Numbered from the stretch's first letter, positions 30,605 through 40,939 are shown. The stretch: 64,000 bases of DNA from Sedimentisphaerales bacterium (GCA_963666285.1 OY762711.1), one strand, 5' to 3'. The notes: a model not told the origin generated them from the letters alone. Numbers and translations: made by a program.

Positions 30605-33560
30605 ATAACTCACCAATTAGTGGTATTAATAGGTCCTTGCCCTTTAGCCCATATAGTTTTTTTAGGAGGTTACACATTGCATTCTTTTGTAATTCAAAAG
30701 TTTTTTGCAATGGTTCCTGCTTCCTCTTGTTGCCATCATTTTGACCAATCGAGTGGTAGATTTCAATTAATTGTTTTTGAACACGTGATATTTCATCATG
30801 GACTGAAACGTCATTTTTGTCTTTAAAATTAATAGCTCGTATAGGGAGACGCTTAAGCACTTTAGTACCACGAGCAATGTAACCGCCGCGAAATACTTCA
30901 CCATATAAAGCAGAAAACCACTCGACGTATTTTGAGTTAAGTAATGCTTGGATGTAGTAAATAGAGTATTGACAGTCATCGGGCAATGTGATCATACAAT
31001 AACCTGCAGTGCCTCCAGAGGATATAAGAGTGCCGTAATAATCAATGGCATACTTGTCACCTTGGGATAAAACTCCAACAATAATTTTGGCGGGAACATC
31101 ACATTTATCTAAACACTGATGCCTACCATATCGGTACCATTCATTTTCAGCTGTAGGTGGTGGACTAATATTCCGTTCAGTAAGTTTATCCTTATATGCT
31201 CTCAAGTATTCAAATGCCTTGGGATATTGCTTTCTCAACACATCCAGCTTAACAAAATCAATACTATCGTTCTGTTTTATATAAGGGTAGATGACAAATG
31301 AATTTGGGGAAAAGGGGCGATACGTATTTAGATTGTCAGCCCCACTTGATGTTTGGAAGTAAGGTCGTGTTAGTTCTTTCTCTATCGCCCATACTTTCCC
31401 ATCTTTACGAAAGTAGTAATACTTAGAATCGTCACTAATAGGAATATGGACGTAAATACTATTGGCACTGGTTTGTATACCATTGTAAATATTGCTAGGC
31501 CCAAGCAAGTCACCAAGTTCTACGCTCTGATTGCCAATGGCATCGTAAATTGGTTTTAGATCACTTGACACAAGCACCCAGCCGTTATTGTCTAGGTCGT
31601 CATAATTTACATTCTCATAAGCCTTGGTGGTTTTACGAGTCATCCAACTATCAAGGTCATTGTACTCTGCATATTGCAAAAAATCTTGAGTTTGCTTTTG
31701 AGCGATTAGTAAGCATGTATATGTCGTCTTATCCTGAAAAACTTGATTAGCACCAAATGAAAGTATTCGGCTTATATAGTCATTGTCTTTTAAGTATTTT
31801 CGAAGTTCCTTTCCTGCTCCGACTTTTGTAAACTTGCTCGGGACTATATACCCCAAGTGTCCGCCATCCTTTAACAAAGAGCAAGCACGTTCTATAAATA
31901 GAAAGTATTTATCGAACTGCTTATGTGATGTTTGATAATACTGTTTATATAAACCAAACTCTTTTGGGGTTAGGTTTTTCATGTTTTCTGTCGAAAGGTA
32001 AGGTGGGTTGCCAATTATTATGTCATATTTATCTTCGCCAAAATCATGCGGATTGATTTCTTCTCTATTAGAATCTTGGACATGCGTACTATCAAGCAAG
32101 CTGTTTCCGAAATGAATATTTGAAGACAAGTCAGGAAGTACAGGGGTCGGCACGCTTGAATCAGTTTCATCTTCGATTAACTTGAGAAGCAAACCAAATT
32201 TACATGCCTCTACTGCATTAAAATCTTTATCAACTCCAAAAATGCAGCTTTCGATTAACTTTCTTTTAATTTTATATTGAAGCTTATATGTTGATGTGCT
32301 TTTCTGAATCAATTTCCTAGGAGATTCTCTGATATAATAGTCAATCAATATGTCGTTTAATAATTGATATGTCTCTAACAGAAATGCGCCGGAGCCACAT
32401 GCTATATCAGAAAAACGGTAACTTAATATTTCCTCGTCTGTCTTTCCTTCACAGTACTCTTGGACTGTTTGCCGCAATATATCCTTGATTATGAAAGTTG
32501 GGGTTGTTATGACATCTCTGTCAACATGTTCTGGTTTGTTTTCTAGAACAATTACATTGTCTTTAATTACAAGATGCTGCCCAATAAAAATTTCATAAAT
32601 ATTTCCTAATATATCAGAAGCAAATACTGCGAAAGAATAAGTGCTTGCAGGAAAATATAATTGCTCAATAATTGACCAAAACGCAGACTGGTTATTTTCT
32701 AAAACAGCATCTGAATACTTATGATCAAATAGGCCAGAATTGTATTTCTTGTCAGCCTCCTTGAACTTTTTAATTAGGGATTCAAAATCCTTTTCTTTAG
32801 CACATTGCAGTAAAAATTCATACTCTTCAAGATTCCTGTCTTCGCAAACACGAAGAAAAATAATACTATTAAGGTAGCGATGAACGATATCGTTCAGCTC
32901 TATCTCGTCTATATCAGGTCTATGTGAAAATATCTCTTCGCCTAAAATAACACGCCATTGATTAATCTGGTCTAGGAATATCTTGTCAATGCTAAAAAGT
33001 TTCAATTGTTCTTCAATGTCTTTCCAAATTTCATCAAATTGACCACTATAAACACTTTTCTGGCTTAACTGCTTTTTAATCTCATCATATTTTTCAATAT
33101 ATTCAGTGTAGTGGTATAAATTAATACGAGAATGAGAAGCTATGTCGTCAGCACCAACTTGTTTTGAACAGTCATAAATAGCTAGGTGTTCAAAGTTAGA
33201 TAGGACACTAATCTTTAATTTTGCAGTAAACCCATATGCTCGTGTTTGCCTTGCTGGCTCTGGATTTTCATGGATTTTAACATTTGGCTTTTTAGCCTCA
33301 ACAAAAAACTTTCTGGTGTCGAATAACCTAAAAGTATAGTCAGGTTTTTTGGTATTTGACGAAACATTTTCCTTTAAAGGCTCTTCAACCAAAACCTCTC
33401 TTTCATTTGTTATTTTCCCAGATGCATTCTTTATATCCCATCCCAGTAATTCAAAAAAGGGTTCTAAAAAATCAGTTCTAAGCTGAGATTCGTTGTATTT
33501 GCTTGATAGATAATGAGTCCTATTATTTTCGTATTTCTCAATAAGTTTATTTATGCTCAT
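30591..33560 (-). CDS. Type IIG restriction-modification enzyme (Eco57I-like)
   Basis: N-terminal KPDY...VEAKK nuclease, DIACGSGAF, GNPPY, C-terminal TRD; a ~990 aa plus ~540 aa pair as in Eco57I. Confidence 0.88.
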   Translation of the reverse strand: MSINKLIEKYENNRTHYLSSKYNESQLRTDFLEPFFELLGWDIKNASGKITNEREVLVEEPLKENVSSNTKKPDYTFRLFDTRKFFVEAKKPNVKIHENPEPARQTRAYGFTAKLKISVLSNFEHLAIYDCSKQVGADDIASHSRINLYHYTEYIEKYDEIKKQLSQKSVYSGQFDEIWKDIEEQLKLFSIDKIFLDQINQWRVILGEEIFSHRPDIDEIELNDIVHRYLNSIIFLRVCEDRNLEEYEFLLQCAKEKDFESLIKKFKEADKKYNSGLFDHKYSDAVLENNQSAFWSIIEQLYFPASTYSFAVFASDILGNIYEIFIGQHLVIKDNVIVLENKPEHVDRDVITTPTFIIKDILRQTVQEYCEGKTDEEILSYRFSDIACGSGAFLLETYQLLNDILIDYYIRESPRKLIQKSTSTYKLQYKIKRKLIESCIFGVDKDFNAVEACKFGLLLKLIEDETDSSVPTPVLPDLSSNIHFGNSLLDSTHVQDSNREEINPHDFGEDKYDIIIGNPPYLSTENMKNLTPKEFGLYKQYYQTSHKQFDKYFLFIERACSLLKDGGHLGYIVPSKFTKVGAGKELRKYLKDNDYISRILSFGANQVFQDKTTYTCLLIAQKQTQDFLQYAEYNDLDSWMTRKTTKAYENVNYDDLDNNGWVLVSSDLKPIYDAIGNQSVELGDLLGPSNIYNGIQTSANSIYVHIPISDDSKYYYFRKDGKVWAIEKELTRPYFQTSSGADNLNTYRPFSPNSFVIYPYIKQNDSIDFVKLDVLRKQYPKAFEYLRAYKDKLTERNISPPPTAENEWYRYGRHQCLDKCDVPAKIIVGVLSQGDKYAIDYYGTLISSGGTAGYCMITLPDDCQYSIYYIQALLNSKYVEWFSALYGEVFRGGYIARGTKVLKRLPIRAINFKDKNDVSVHDEISRVQKQLIEIYHSIGQNDGNKRKQEPLQKTFELQKNAMCNLLKKLYGLKGKDLLIPLIGELYETD

Positions 33561-33755
33561 AACAGATCTCCATATCTTATTTGTCTTCCTGCAACAAGAA
33601 AAACATTAGTGCCTATGCAATAGTACCCAGCGGTAAATGCTGATAAATCGTAAATCCTTTTAAGTTCTGAAAATAAACCTTTTCGATAATTGGATTGCAT
33701 CGTAAATTATATATCCCATAGCCACATAGACAAAATCATTCTCAGGCATAGGTTT

Positions 33756-33971
33756 TTAAATCTTTTCGTCAGGAAGCTTTCCTTTTTCGCTCAGCCACCG
33801 ATCAATGGTTTCCTTGTGAAACCGCCAATGCCGCCCAACTTTCTGACCTGGTAATTTGTCTTCCTGAGCCAGTTTATAGAGTGTAGACTTAGCGACCTTC
33901 AAGTAAGTTGAAAGTTCGTCAATTGTCATTACACTTGTATTCTCTTCAAACATATTATTCGCCTTGTGCAT
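33756..33971 (-). CDS. Excisionase-like HTH_17 DNA-binding protein
   Basis: MTIDELSTYLKV.KSTLYKLAQ..KLPGQKVGRHWRF. Confidence 0.9.
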   Translation of the reverse strand: MHKANNMFEENTSVMTIDELSTYLKVAKSTLYKLAQEDKLPGQKVGRHWRFHKETIDRWLSEKGKLPDEKI

Positions 33972-34409
33972 AAATTGGCTATTTTAGAGGATAGTACAGC
34001 TTCTAAAGCCTCGGAATGCCATATATTTAACAGTTATTAATGCTTGCTGTCAATTACTAATTACCAGATGTCCGATTTAGAGTACATAAACTTGATTTTT
34101 TAAGCTTAATTTGTTAAAATTTTATTAAAAGGTTCAGAAAAGACGTGAATTCTGAACCTTTTTTCACGTCGATTTTGCAATTTTTTCTAAGAAATCCATA
34201 TTTTCAGCCCCTTATGAGGCCATTTTCCACTTTTTGCCCGTGTCATCCAGAGCAAGAATACATTTACACTGCCTATATCTGGCAAGCCTATTATGCACAT
34301 AAATGCTTATTAGTAAAGCATATAAGTGCAAATCAATCTCCATCAAAGGTTCATATAACACGTCTTAGATGAACTCAAGTGACAGGAGAAGTATTTTGAT
34401 TAAAAAAGC

Positions 34410-35039
34410 ATGATAACCGGCAATTGGATTCTGGAGCCAAGCAAGTTTCTAAACAGGAGTCAGGCTGGCGATTTACTTGGTACCGCCAAAGAGCAAGCTG
34501 AGATTTCACAGGCCAGAAGCGAAAAAGTCGCTGTTCGGGACTACTTTGTAGTCCATTTTAATATTGGAACTGGCCTGAGAGTTGCGGAACTGGCAGATTT
34601 GAACTGCGGCGATCTGTTTATCAATGGCAAATCGAGTTCTGTATTGGTCAGGAATGGCAAAGGCAGCAAGAAGCGATTGGTCTTTATTAGTGAGTTATTG
34701 GCAAGCCACTGTAAGGAGTATCTTCGGTGGAAAAAGCAGATCGGGGAATCGGTCGAAGATGATTCGCCATTATTTCTGTCAAGCAATACCGGCAGGCACA
34801 TGACTTCCAGAGCTTTGCAGAAAGCTTTTAAGCGATGTGCCAAGAGAGCGAATTTGGACTCAAATTATTCGATTCACTGCCTTAGGCACACATACGCCTG
34901 TTTTTTGCTGAAAGCCAGCGACTGGAATCTCAGGCTTGTTCAGAAGCAGCTTGGCCATGCCCGGATATCCACAACACAAGTATATGCTGACGTAATGATG
35001 CCTGACATCGAAAAGGCACTTAACAAACTGCACTTATAA
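34410..35039 (+). CDS. Tyrosine recombinase, catalytic domain only
   Basis: GLRVAE, GKGSK.R, HCLRH, LGH, TQVY; only 209 aa. Confidence 0.9.
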   Translation: MITGNWILEPSKFLNRSQAGDLLGTAKEQAEISQARSEKVAVRDYFVVHFNIGTGLRVAELADLNCGDLFINGKSSSVLVRNGKGSKKRLVFISELLASHCKEYLRWKKQIGESVEDDSPLFLSSNTGRHMTSRALQKAFKRCAKRANLDSNYSIHCLRHTYACFLLKASDWNLRLVQKQLGHARISTTQVYADVMMPDIEKALNKLHL

Positions 35040-35122
35040 AAGATTATTCACCGTACGGTGGTAACAAGGATAAAATTTATAAGGACAATCGTTTTCCAAT
35101 AATAATAAGAGAGGATATTAAA

Positions 35123-35800
35123 ATGAAACTTCCAGATTTTATTAAAAAGCCATTAACTGGGCTTGCTTTACTAGCTGCGGCAACATCCGCAAATGCTGGG
35201 GTGACTACTGATCTACAAGTAGGAAATTATAACAATCTTGACAATGGTTTTAATTACACCTTAGCAATCACCAATACATATCCTGATATTACATTCGATT
35301 CTGGATTAGTTAAAAGTGATTTTATCAATGGTTTAGCTGATAGTATCGCAAACTACAATCCTAACGTAGATAAGCAGAGTGTTGTTGATGAATTGAATTC
35401 TACTATCGGCTTTTTTCCAACTAGTGACTACAACGGAAGTACCGGCTGGTTCAACTCTATTACTCCAGCGGGAGACATTGAGTTGACTAATAATGGAATA
35501 ATTCCAGGAGTTACTTACAATGAATGGAATCAGGACGGCACCGCTGTTCTTCATGGATTCGTGAATGCAGACCTGCTTGATGTTGATGGTGTTACTGGGT
35601 ACAATCCTGTTACTGATCTGGGCTTAAGAATTGATTCACTAAATCCGTACATCAATGGAGTTATTGGAACAAGTACTAACAACCTACGGTACGGTGGGGA
35701 TTTAGATCGACTTGAAGCTACCCCTGTCCCAGAGCCTTCATCGTTAGCACTTGTTGGAATGGGAGCATTAGCATTATCAGGTTACAGAAAAAGAAAATAA
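35123..35800 (+). CDS. PEP-CTERM sorting-signal protein
   Basis: Signal peptide; C-terminal VPEPSSLALVGMGALAL..RKRK. Confidence 0.9.
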   Translation: MKLPDFIKKPLTGLALLAAATSANAGVTTDLQVGNYNNLDNGFNYTLAITNTYPDITFDSGLVKSDFINGLADSIANYNPNVDKQSVVDELNSTIGFFPTSDYNGSTGWFNSITPAGDIELTNNGIIPGVTYNEWNQDGTAVLHGFVNADLLDVDGVTGYNPVTDLGLRIDSLNPYINGVIGTSTNNLRYGGDLDRLEATPVPEPSSLALVGMGALALSGYRKRK

Positions 35801-35821
35801 TATTAATTTTGGAAAGTTTCA

Positions 35822-35854
35822 TAATGAAGATTGGTGTCTTGCCGGTCTTCATTA
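35822..35854. terminator. Hairpin between convergent genes
   Basis: taatgaagattggt-gtctt-gccggtcttcatta. Confidence 0.65.
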
Positions 35855-38800
35855 TTAGTTCAAAACATGAGTTTTTGAAATATTGTTTAGAAAGTCACCC
35901 TCATAGTAAAACAAGTCTCCGTAATCAAATAAACCGCTTTTACTGTCATCATAAATTTTAACTATACCGCCTCTTCCTGATATATTTGCGTAAGATCCAA
36001 AAGAGTTTTGAGAAAATATTTTGTATTGAATCTCATCCATACTATCACTCACCGTAAATCTTCCAAGCACACAGCCGCTATCATCACAGCCGTCCTGCAC
36101 AAAAGAATATTTTCCCATATAATAAGAAGTATTCATAACTACTCCATCAAAACTATTGTCAACATCTACTAACCACCAACTATCGCCATAACTGGCATTA
36201 TAATCATTAGTCAGGTCAGTAGTGAATGAGTAACTGAAATTATTGGCGACAGAATTATTAAACCAGTATTGGTTATATCCATCTTTGCCAACAGAAACTA
36301 AATTGCTTAAATCTACATCTGACAGATTAATTGGTTCATTAAAAGTCAGATTCAACTCGAAGGTACTCAACTCGAAGGGACTATTGACTAAGGAGACTTT
36401 CAGATTACTCACGGTGTCAATGTCATGAAGCAAAGTATAATTTCTGAAATCGGTCATATGACTATTGTTTTTTGAATAGTCCCATTCAGGAATATGGGTT
36501 TCAATAAATGTTATATTTTCAACCGCCGAATCAATACTCATCAACACTGTTTCATTAAAATATTCAAAATCAGTATCAAAGCTGAAATTTAATACAACAG
36601 AAGTGCCATCCCACGTCATAAACCAACCCGAGACATTCTTGCTAAGATCAATATTGCTGCTGCCTAATGAATCTGAATAGCTTCCTGATAATTGGATCGG
36701 ATTTCCAGTGGAATTCAAAAATGAGATCGTTGAATAATTATAAACATACCTGTTTGCGAAATCAATTGCTTTGGTATTCGACCCATAGTCATATATAGTT
36801 CCATCAAAAGAATTGACCGTCATTCCTGACAGATTGCAGCCTTCTAACTTCACTTCTGACTCGCTGCTTCCCGTGAAGACAACACCGTTAATAAAACTTA
36901 CATTTTCAAATCGTAATACCCCTAAATCAGTTCCGGATATATTAATGCTGCTTCCATTAAAAATCGAATTTGAGACAGTACCGTTTGACTCACTAAAATT
37001 AACAGATGCATTGAACACAACCTGATTTATATTGACTCGGACATTATCAAATTCAACATTAGCAACAAAATCTTTTCTAACAGATCCTGAATAATCACAT
37101 CCGCTCGCAATAATAGCGATTCCAAGACTGAACGGCAGATCGTAATCTGCACATCTGGTTTCATCGGTTATTGTGTCAGCCAAAATCATAGAATATTGAT
37201 TCGGTGCAAAATCTATAGCAAAAGAATCGTCTGAATTCTGGTTAAAAGTATAGAGGTTAGATTTATCAACCAGATAGTATTTCAGATTCTGAGACGAATC
37301 ATAATAATCATTTCGATAAGTTCGCCCGACCATATTCACCTTAAAGAAGTAATCGTTATAGTTCCATCCATTGACAGTGTTAATGTCTGAAAATGTGAAA
37401 TTAACTATCGGAGAAGTTTTATTGACATTAATTTTTGCCGTATATTCTGTGCTCAGGTTCCTGAAATCTGAAATATTATTGTCTGCAATTTTCAACAACC
37501 GATTGCCGCTGATATAGGAGTAGATTATTTCCGAGTCAGAATCATTATCGAAATCATAGTTTGCTGAAACGTATGCGGGCGACCAATCAAATGTTTTAGT
37601 TGTCAATGAATTTACAAGGTAGATTCCTAATACCCCCGAACCCTTAAAAGCATGGTATATGAGATCATAATTAGCATCTCCCATAACGTCTAATAATTGT
37701 GTTTCGTAAAGAAAGTTTAGGCCAAAATCAAATGATTCTTCCAACTCCAATCCGCTTCCGCTGTAATTATACCAGTAGACTCCATAATCGGTGCTATCCA
37801 CACCGATTTCAATATGTCCATCCGAATCATAATCTCCTGCGAATATTGATTTGACATCAAACCCGTTTGCATTAATATAATAATAGTCCCATTCAGAAAT
37901 GTTCATGGACAAGTTGTTTCGATGAAATAATTTGATTTGATTCGGAGCTGAAACATCATAATAGCATATTACATCTTGTATCGTATCTTTGTCAATGTCG
38001 ATAATCTTCATATCTGTGCATTTATAGTTTCCTCCAGAGACAATCTTAGTATTAACAGGGACAAATGCGTCTCCATCTAAACTATAATAATTATATTGCC
38101 ATTGCCCTCCGTCTGCACTGGTTGCATTCAAAACCAATACATCCTTGTAAAAATCCCCATCAATATCGAACGCGCTAAACGACAAAATATGATCCATGCC
38201 GTCAACTACCTGAGCACCATAATTAAACCTAAAACCATCACCATCAATCGCCCCAAGTAATAAATGGATATCACTCTTGTTGCCAATCAGAATGTCACCG
38301 ATTCCATCCCAATTGAAATCAGTGATGAAAAACTCTGCGTCATTATTCATAACAACACCTGTAGCTGGAAGTGTAACTGAATTCAAAATCTCTCCGGCAC
38401 CTGAGTAATTCGCCCGAACATTAACTCCATCAAAGACAAGAAGGCCATCATCTTCAAGCACAATTAAATCGTCAATACCATCCAAATCTATATCGTAATT
38501 GCCAAGCTTAAATCCATTAGCAGATGAAATCCCAGAAAATGGGTTAGAGTTTGAAACCGAAAACTGCGGTTCATAAGGCTCAACTGAAACATAACCACTG
38601 CCATTGTACCAGCCGCCAGAATATGAGCAGTTGTAGACAAGGTTTATATTGTCCGAATTACTATATGTATGCGTGTAGCTCTGCACATCCGAATAATCAT
38701 TACTGTCAATTGAAATGTCACAGGAATCAAAATCAATTGTGCTTCTATCAGATTCAACATACCATGAAACAATTTCGTATTCATTTTCGATATATTGCAT

Positions 38801-39178
38801 TGGAGAATAATCAAAGTCTAAGTAAAACTTTCCCTGCTGGTTATAAGGCACAGTCCAGTTTAAGAAGTAGTCAGTGCCGTTTGAACAATTGAAATACAAA
38901 TAAGTACCATTTATGAAAGATATGGTAAAATTGTACAAATTGCCCGAACTTCCATTTGCTTGATAAAAAGTTGCATTGTCGTAACTGAACGAACAGTTAT
39001 TCGAATTTTGCAGAATGTTAGAAGAGTAGAGACCGACTGTTAAATTGACATTGTCATTTTTGTACAAGTCCATCCAAAATGGATTTTCAATATTTGTTAC
39101 ATTGCCTTGAATTGTATTTGCAAAACATAAGCTAGAAATAATTACTGCAAATACCAAGCAAAACGTTATGCCCCTCAT
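35855..39178 (-). CDS. Large secreted FG-GAP/VCBS-repeat surface protein, Asn-rich, archaeal-like
   Basis: Signal peptide; repeated DxDxDGxxD motifs; very dense N-x-S/T sequons. Confidence 0.75.
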   Translation of the reverse strand: MRGITFCLVFAVIISSLCFANTIQGNVTNIENPFWMDLYKNDNVNLTVGLYSSNILQNSNNCSFSYDNATFYQANGSSGNLYNFTISFINGTYLYFNCSNGTDYFLNWTVPYNQQGKFYLDFDYSPMQYIENEYEIVSWYVESDRSTIDFDSCDISIDSNDYSDVQSYTHTYSNSDNINLVYNCSYSGGWYNGSGYVSVEPYEPQFSVSNSNPFSGISSANGFKLGNYDIDLDGIDDLIVLEDDGLLVFDGVNVRANYSGAGEILNSVTLPATGVVMNNDAEFFITDFNWDGIGDILIGNKSDIHLLLGAIDGDGFRFNYGAQVVDGMDHILSFSAFDIDGDFYKDVLVLNATSADGGQWQYNYYSLDGDAFVPVNTKIVSGGNYKCTDMKIIDIDKDTIQDVICYYDVSAPNQIKLFHRNNLSMNISEWDYYYINANGFDVKSIFAGDYDSDGHIEIGVDSTDYGVYWYNYSGSGLELEESFDFGLNFLYETQLLDVMGDANYDLIYHAFKGSGVLGIYLVNSLTTKTFDWSPAYVSANYDFDNDSDSEIIYSYISGNRLLKIADNNISDFRNLSTEYTAKINVNKTSPIVNFTFSDINTVNGWNYNDYFFKVNMVGRTYRNDYYDSSQNLKYYLVDKSNLYTFNQNSDDSFAIDFAPNQYSMILADTITDETRCADYDLPFSLGIAIIASGCDYSGSVRKDFVANVEFDNVRVNINQVVFNASVNFSESNGTVSNSIFNGSSINISGTDLGVLRFENVSFINGVVFTGSSESEVKLEGCNLSGMTVNSFDGTIYDYGSNTKAIDFANRYVYNYSTISFLNSTGNPIQLSGSYSDSLGSSNIDLSKNVSGWFMTWDGTSVVLNFSFDTDFEYFNETVLMSIDSAVENITFIETHIPEWDYSKNNSHMTDFRNYTLLHDIDTVSNLKVSLVNSPFELSTFELNLTFNEPINLSDVDLSNLVSVGKDGYNQYWFNNSVANNFSYSFTTDLTNDYNASYGDSWWLVDVDNSFDGVVMNTSYYMGKYSFVQDGCDDSGCVLGRFTVSDSMDEIQYKIFSQNSFGSYANISGRGGIVKIYDDSKSGLFDYGDLFYYEGDFLNNISKTHVLN

Positions 39179-39200
39179 ATTGTGACTATCTGGTTAAGCT

Positions 39201-39215
39201 TATATAAAGATTTTG
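39201..39215 (-). promoter_or_regulatory. Archaeal-type BRE/TATA promoter
   Basis: caaaatc-TTTATATA ending 23 nt before ATG 39178; no SD. Confidence 0.55.
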
Positions 39216-39386
39216 TTTGAGTATTGGTCTACGTTATTATCGGTATAGCAAAAACTTAATAAAGCAGTTAATTGTTCCAAAAATTGGTTAAAGTCGTCAT
39301 TAAGCTTCCTTTCGGGGAAACTTAATGGCATTTTCTTTCTGGTGAATAGCCCCAGTTAACTGCGACAAGCCTCCATAAATATCAGA

Positions 39387-39599
39387 TTATTCATCTATGA
39401 CTACCATTGAGCCATCATTAAATAAATCACCCTGATAAGCAATTTCCATACCAGGAATTGCTTTGGGAGATTTGCTGATAAGGGTATCGTTATCGACTGA
39501 GTAAGCAGTTTCATTTATCGCTATTTCAGAATCATCATTTGCCATGATGGTGCATCCTGAAAGAAGTAATAGTATTGTCAATACAAATATTAATTTCAT
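39387..39599 (-). CDS. Small lipoprotein-like protein
   Basis: MKLIFVLTILLLLSGC; TTTTAAAT box 22 nt upstream. Confidence 0.55.
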   Translation of the reverse strand: MKLIFVLTILLLLSGCTIMANDDSEIAINETAYSVDNDTLISKSPKAIPGMEIAYQGDLFNDGSMVVIDE

Positions 39600-39639
39600 G
39601 TCAATAACCAAAGTCGCCATATTTAAAAGCATTTTGTTC

Positions 39640-39792
39640 TTAATTTTTCTGTTGGTTATTATTTGTCGGCAAACCGTAAGTGAATACATCTAAACATGCT
39701 TGAATCCTTTCCATTCCTTCTTTTTCTGATATTTCTTTTCTATCGTAAGCATCAAGAATCCGTCTTATCTTTTTGATCATTTTAGTGTCCAT
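39640..39792 (-). CDS. Small hypothetical protein (50 aa, below the ORF-track cutoff)
   Basis: MDTKMIKKIRRILDAYDRKEISEKEGMERIQACLD...; AAGGAG upstream; divergent from the wHTH gene. Confidence 0.5.
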   Translation of the reverse strand: MDTKMIKKIRRILDAYDRKEISEKEGMERIQACLDVFTYGLPTNNNQQKN

Positions 39793-39872
39793 TTACACAT
39801 TTTCTCCTTTTTGGCAATCTATTTAGGTATTAAGCTAGCTTATAAAGATGAAGTGTCATTTATTCACGACCT

Positions 39873-39923
39873 CTGCATAATTATGCAGTGATAGTATAAA
39901 AAGGTATCTGTTTAATTATGCAG
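39873..39923. promoter_or_regulatory. Two operator-like palindromes flanking a TATA-like box
   Basis: Perfect CTGCATAATTATGCAG (39873-39888) and variant CTGTTTAATTATGCAG (39908-39923) around TATAAAAA (39895-39902). Confidence 0.7.
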
Positions 39924-39925
39924 AT

Positions 39926-40141
39926 ATGCCAAGGAAAACTTTATCTCAGATATCAGCATCGATTCAGTCATTATTGCAAAGCGAAGGCGAATTATCCGTC
40001 AGGCAGATAGCCCGGCTTACACATACACAGTGGCGAACAGCTGATAAAGCACTGGAACTTTTAAAGTCACTTGGCCTTATTGAGGAACGAAGATCAGATA
40101 ATAACAAAAGAAATGAACGCCTGTTCCGCTTGATTAAATAA
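39926..40141 (+). CDS. Small winged-HTH DNA-binding protein
   Basis: GELSVRQIA......WRTA.KALELLKSLGLIEE...RLFRL. Confidence 0.8.
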   Translation: MPRKTLSQISASIQSLLQSEGELSVRQIARLTHTQWRTADKALELLKSLGLIEERRSDNNKRNERLFRLIK

Positions 40142-40167
40142 AATCAACATATCATGCTTAATCAGCA

Positions 40168-40518
40168 TTAAACCCGATATAGCTGATCATAGAGGCGAAC
40201 AGGCAGATAATCCCTAACTGCAGTATCAAGGCCTTCAACCATATGCAAAGCCTGGGGTAGCTGCCCCTGAACAAGAGCATCATAAACATCCTCCAAGTCC
40301 GCAACATCACTAAATGTCGTGCCTGCGATGTCATATTGCTTACGTTTGATATATCCTTTACCATCATCGATCAGTCCGTCGATCTGTGTATGAAGCGATG
40401 CGACATCTTCAATATACTGACCAAGCAAATATCCCTGCGGCAGTCTTGATTGCAAGATTGACTGTTGTTTTTCAGTTAGCTCTTCAAGTGAAAGACATTT
40501 ATTACGCTTACTGGCCAC
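40168..40518 (-). CDS. Hypothetical protein, homologous to the C-terminal half of 47382..47882
   Basis: Shared DV..L.DV..A...G....A....EGL.....D..P.RL pattern. Confidence 0.65.
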   Translation of the reverse strand: MASKRNKCLSLEELTEKQQSILQSRLPQGYLLGQYIEDVASLHTQIDGLIDDGKGYIKRKQYDIAGTTFSDVADLEDVYDALVQGQLPQALHMVEGLDTAVRDYLPVRLYDQLYRV

Positions 40519-40939
40519 TGTCTACACCTCGAAAATAATTACCTGCAAGCTGCTCAATTGGCCGCATATACATATCAATACCCGCTGCGTCGGGCCTGTA
40601 ACCTTCCAGTTGATGATATATATCCGCAGCAGCAATCAATTGCTCAACGTAATTATTCGCAGGAACTGCACTTTGAACCTCAACTTCCGGTGTTAAAAGC
40701 TGGATGTCTATAAATTCAGATCGCATTCTCCTGCTGAAAATAGCGTAATAGCCATCTCTCCCCTCTATATCAATCTGCGTATATCTTGGGTGCTGCAATG
40801 TCCCGCGATCCCGCCCAGCCATATATGAAGCAACCACTATATCATTCACCAAATCATTTTTATCATCACCGGCATTGAACCTGTTATGGTATTGTCGAAC
40901 AATCCCTTCGATAGTTTCCCGTTGTATTGGATCAGTCAT
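40508..40939 (-). CDS. Hypothetical protein
   Basis: ORF overlapping the downstream gene; GAGGTG SD for the next gene lies inside it. Confidence 0.6.
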   Translation of the reverse strand: MTDPIQRETIEGIVRQYHNRFNAGDDKNDLVNDIVVASYMAGRDRGTLQHPRYTQIDIEGRDGYYAIFSRRMRSEFIDIQLLTPEVEVQSAVPANNYVEQLIAAADIYHQLEGYRPDAAGIDMYMRPIEQLAGNYFRGVDSGQ

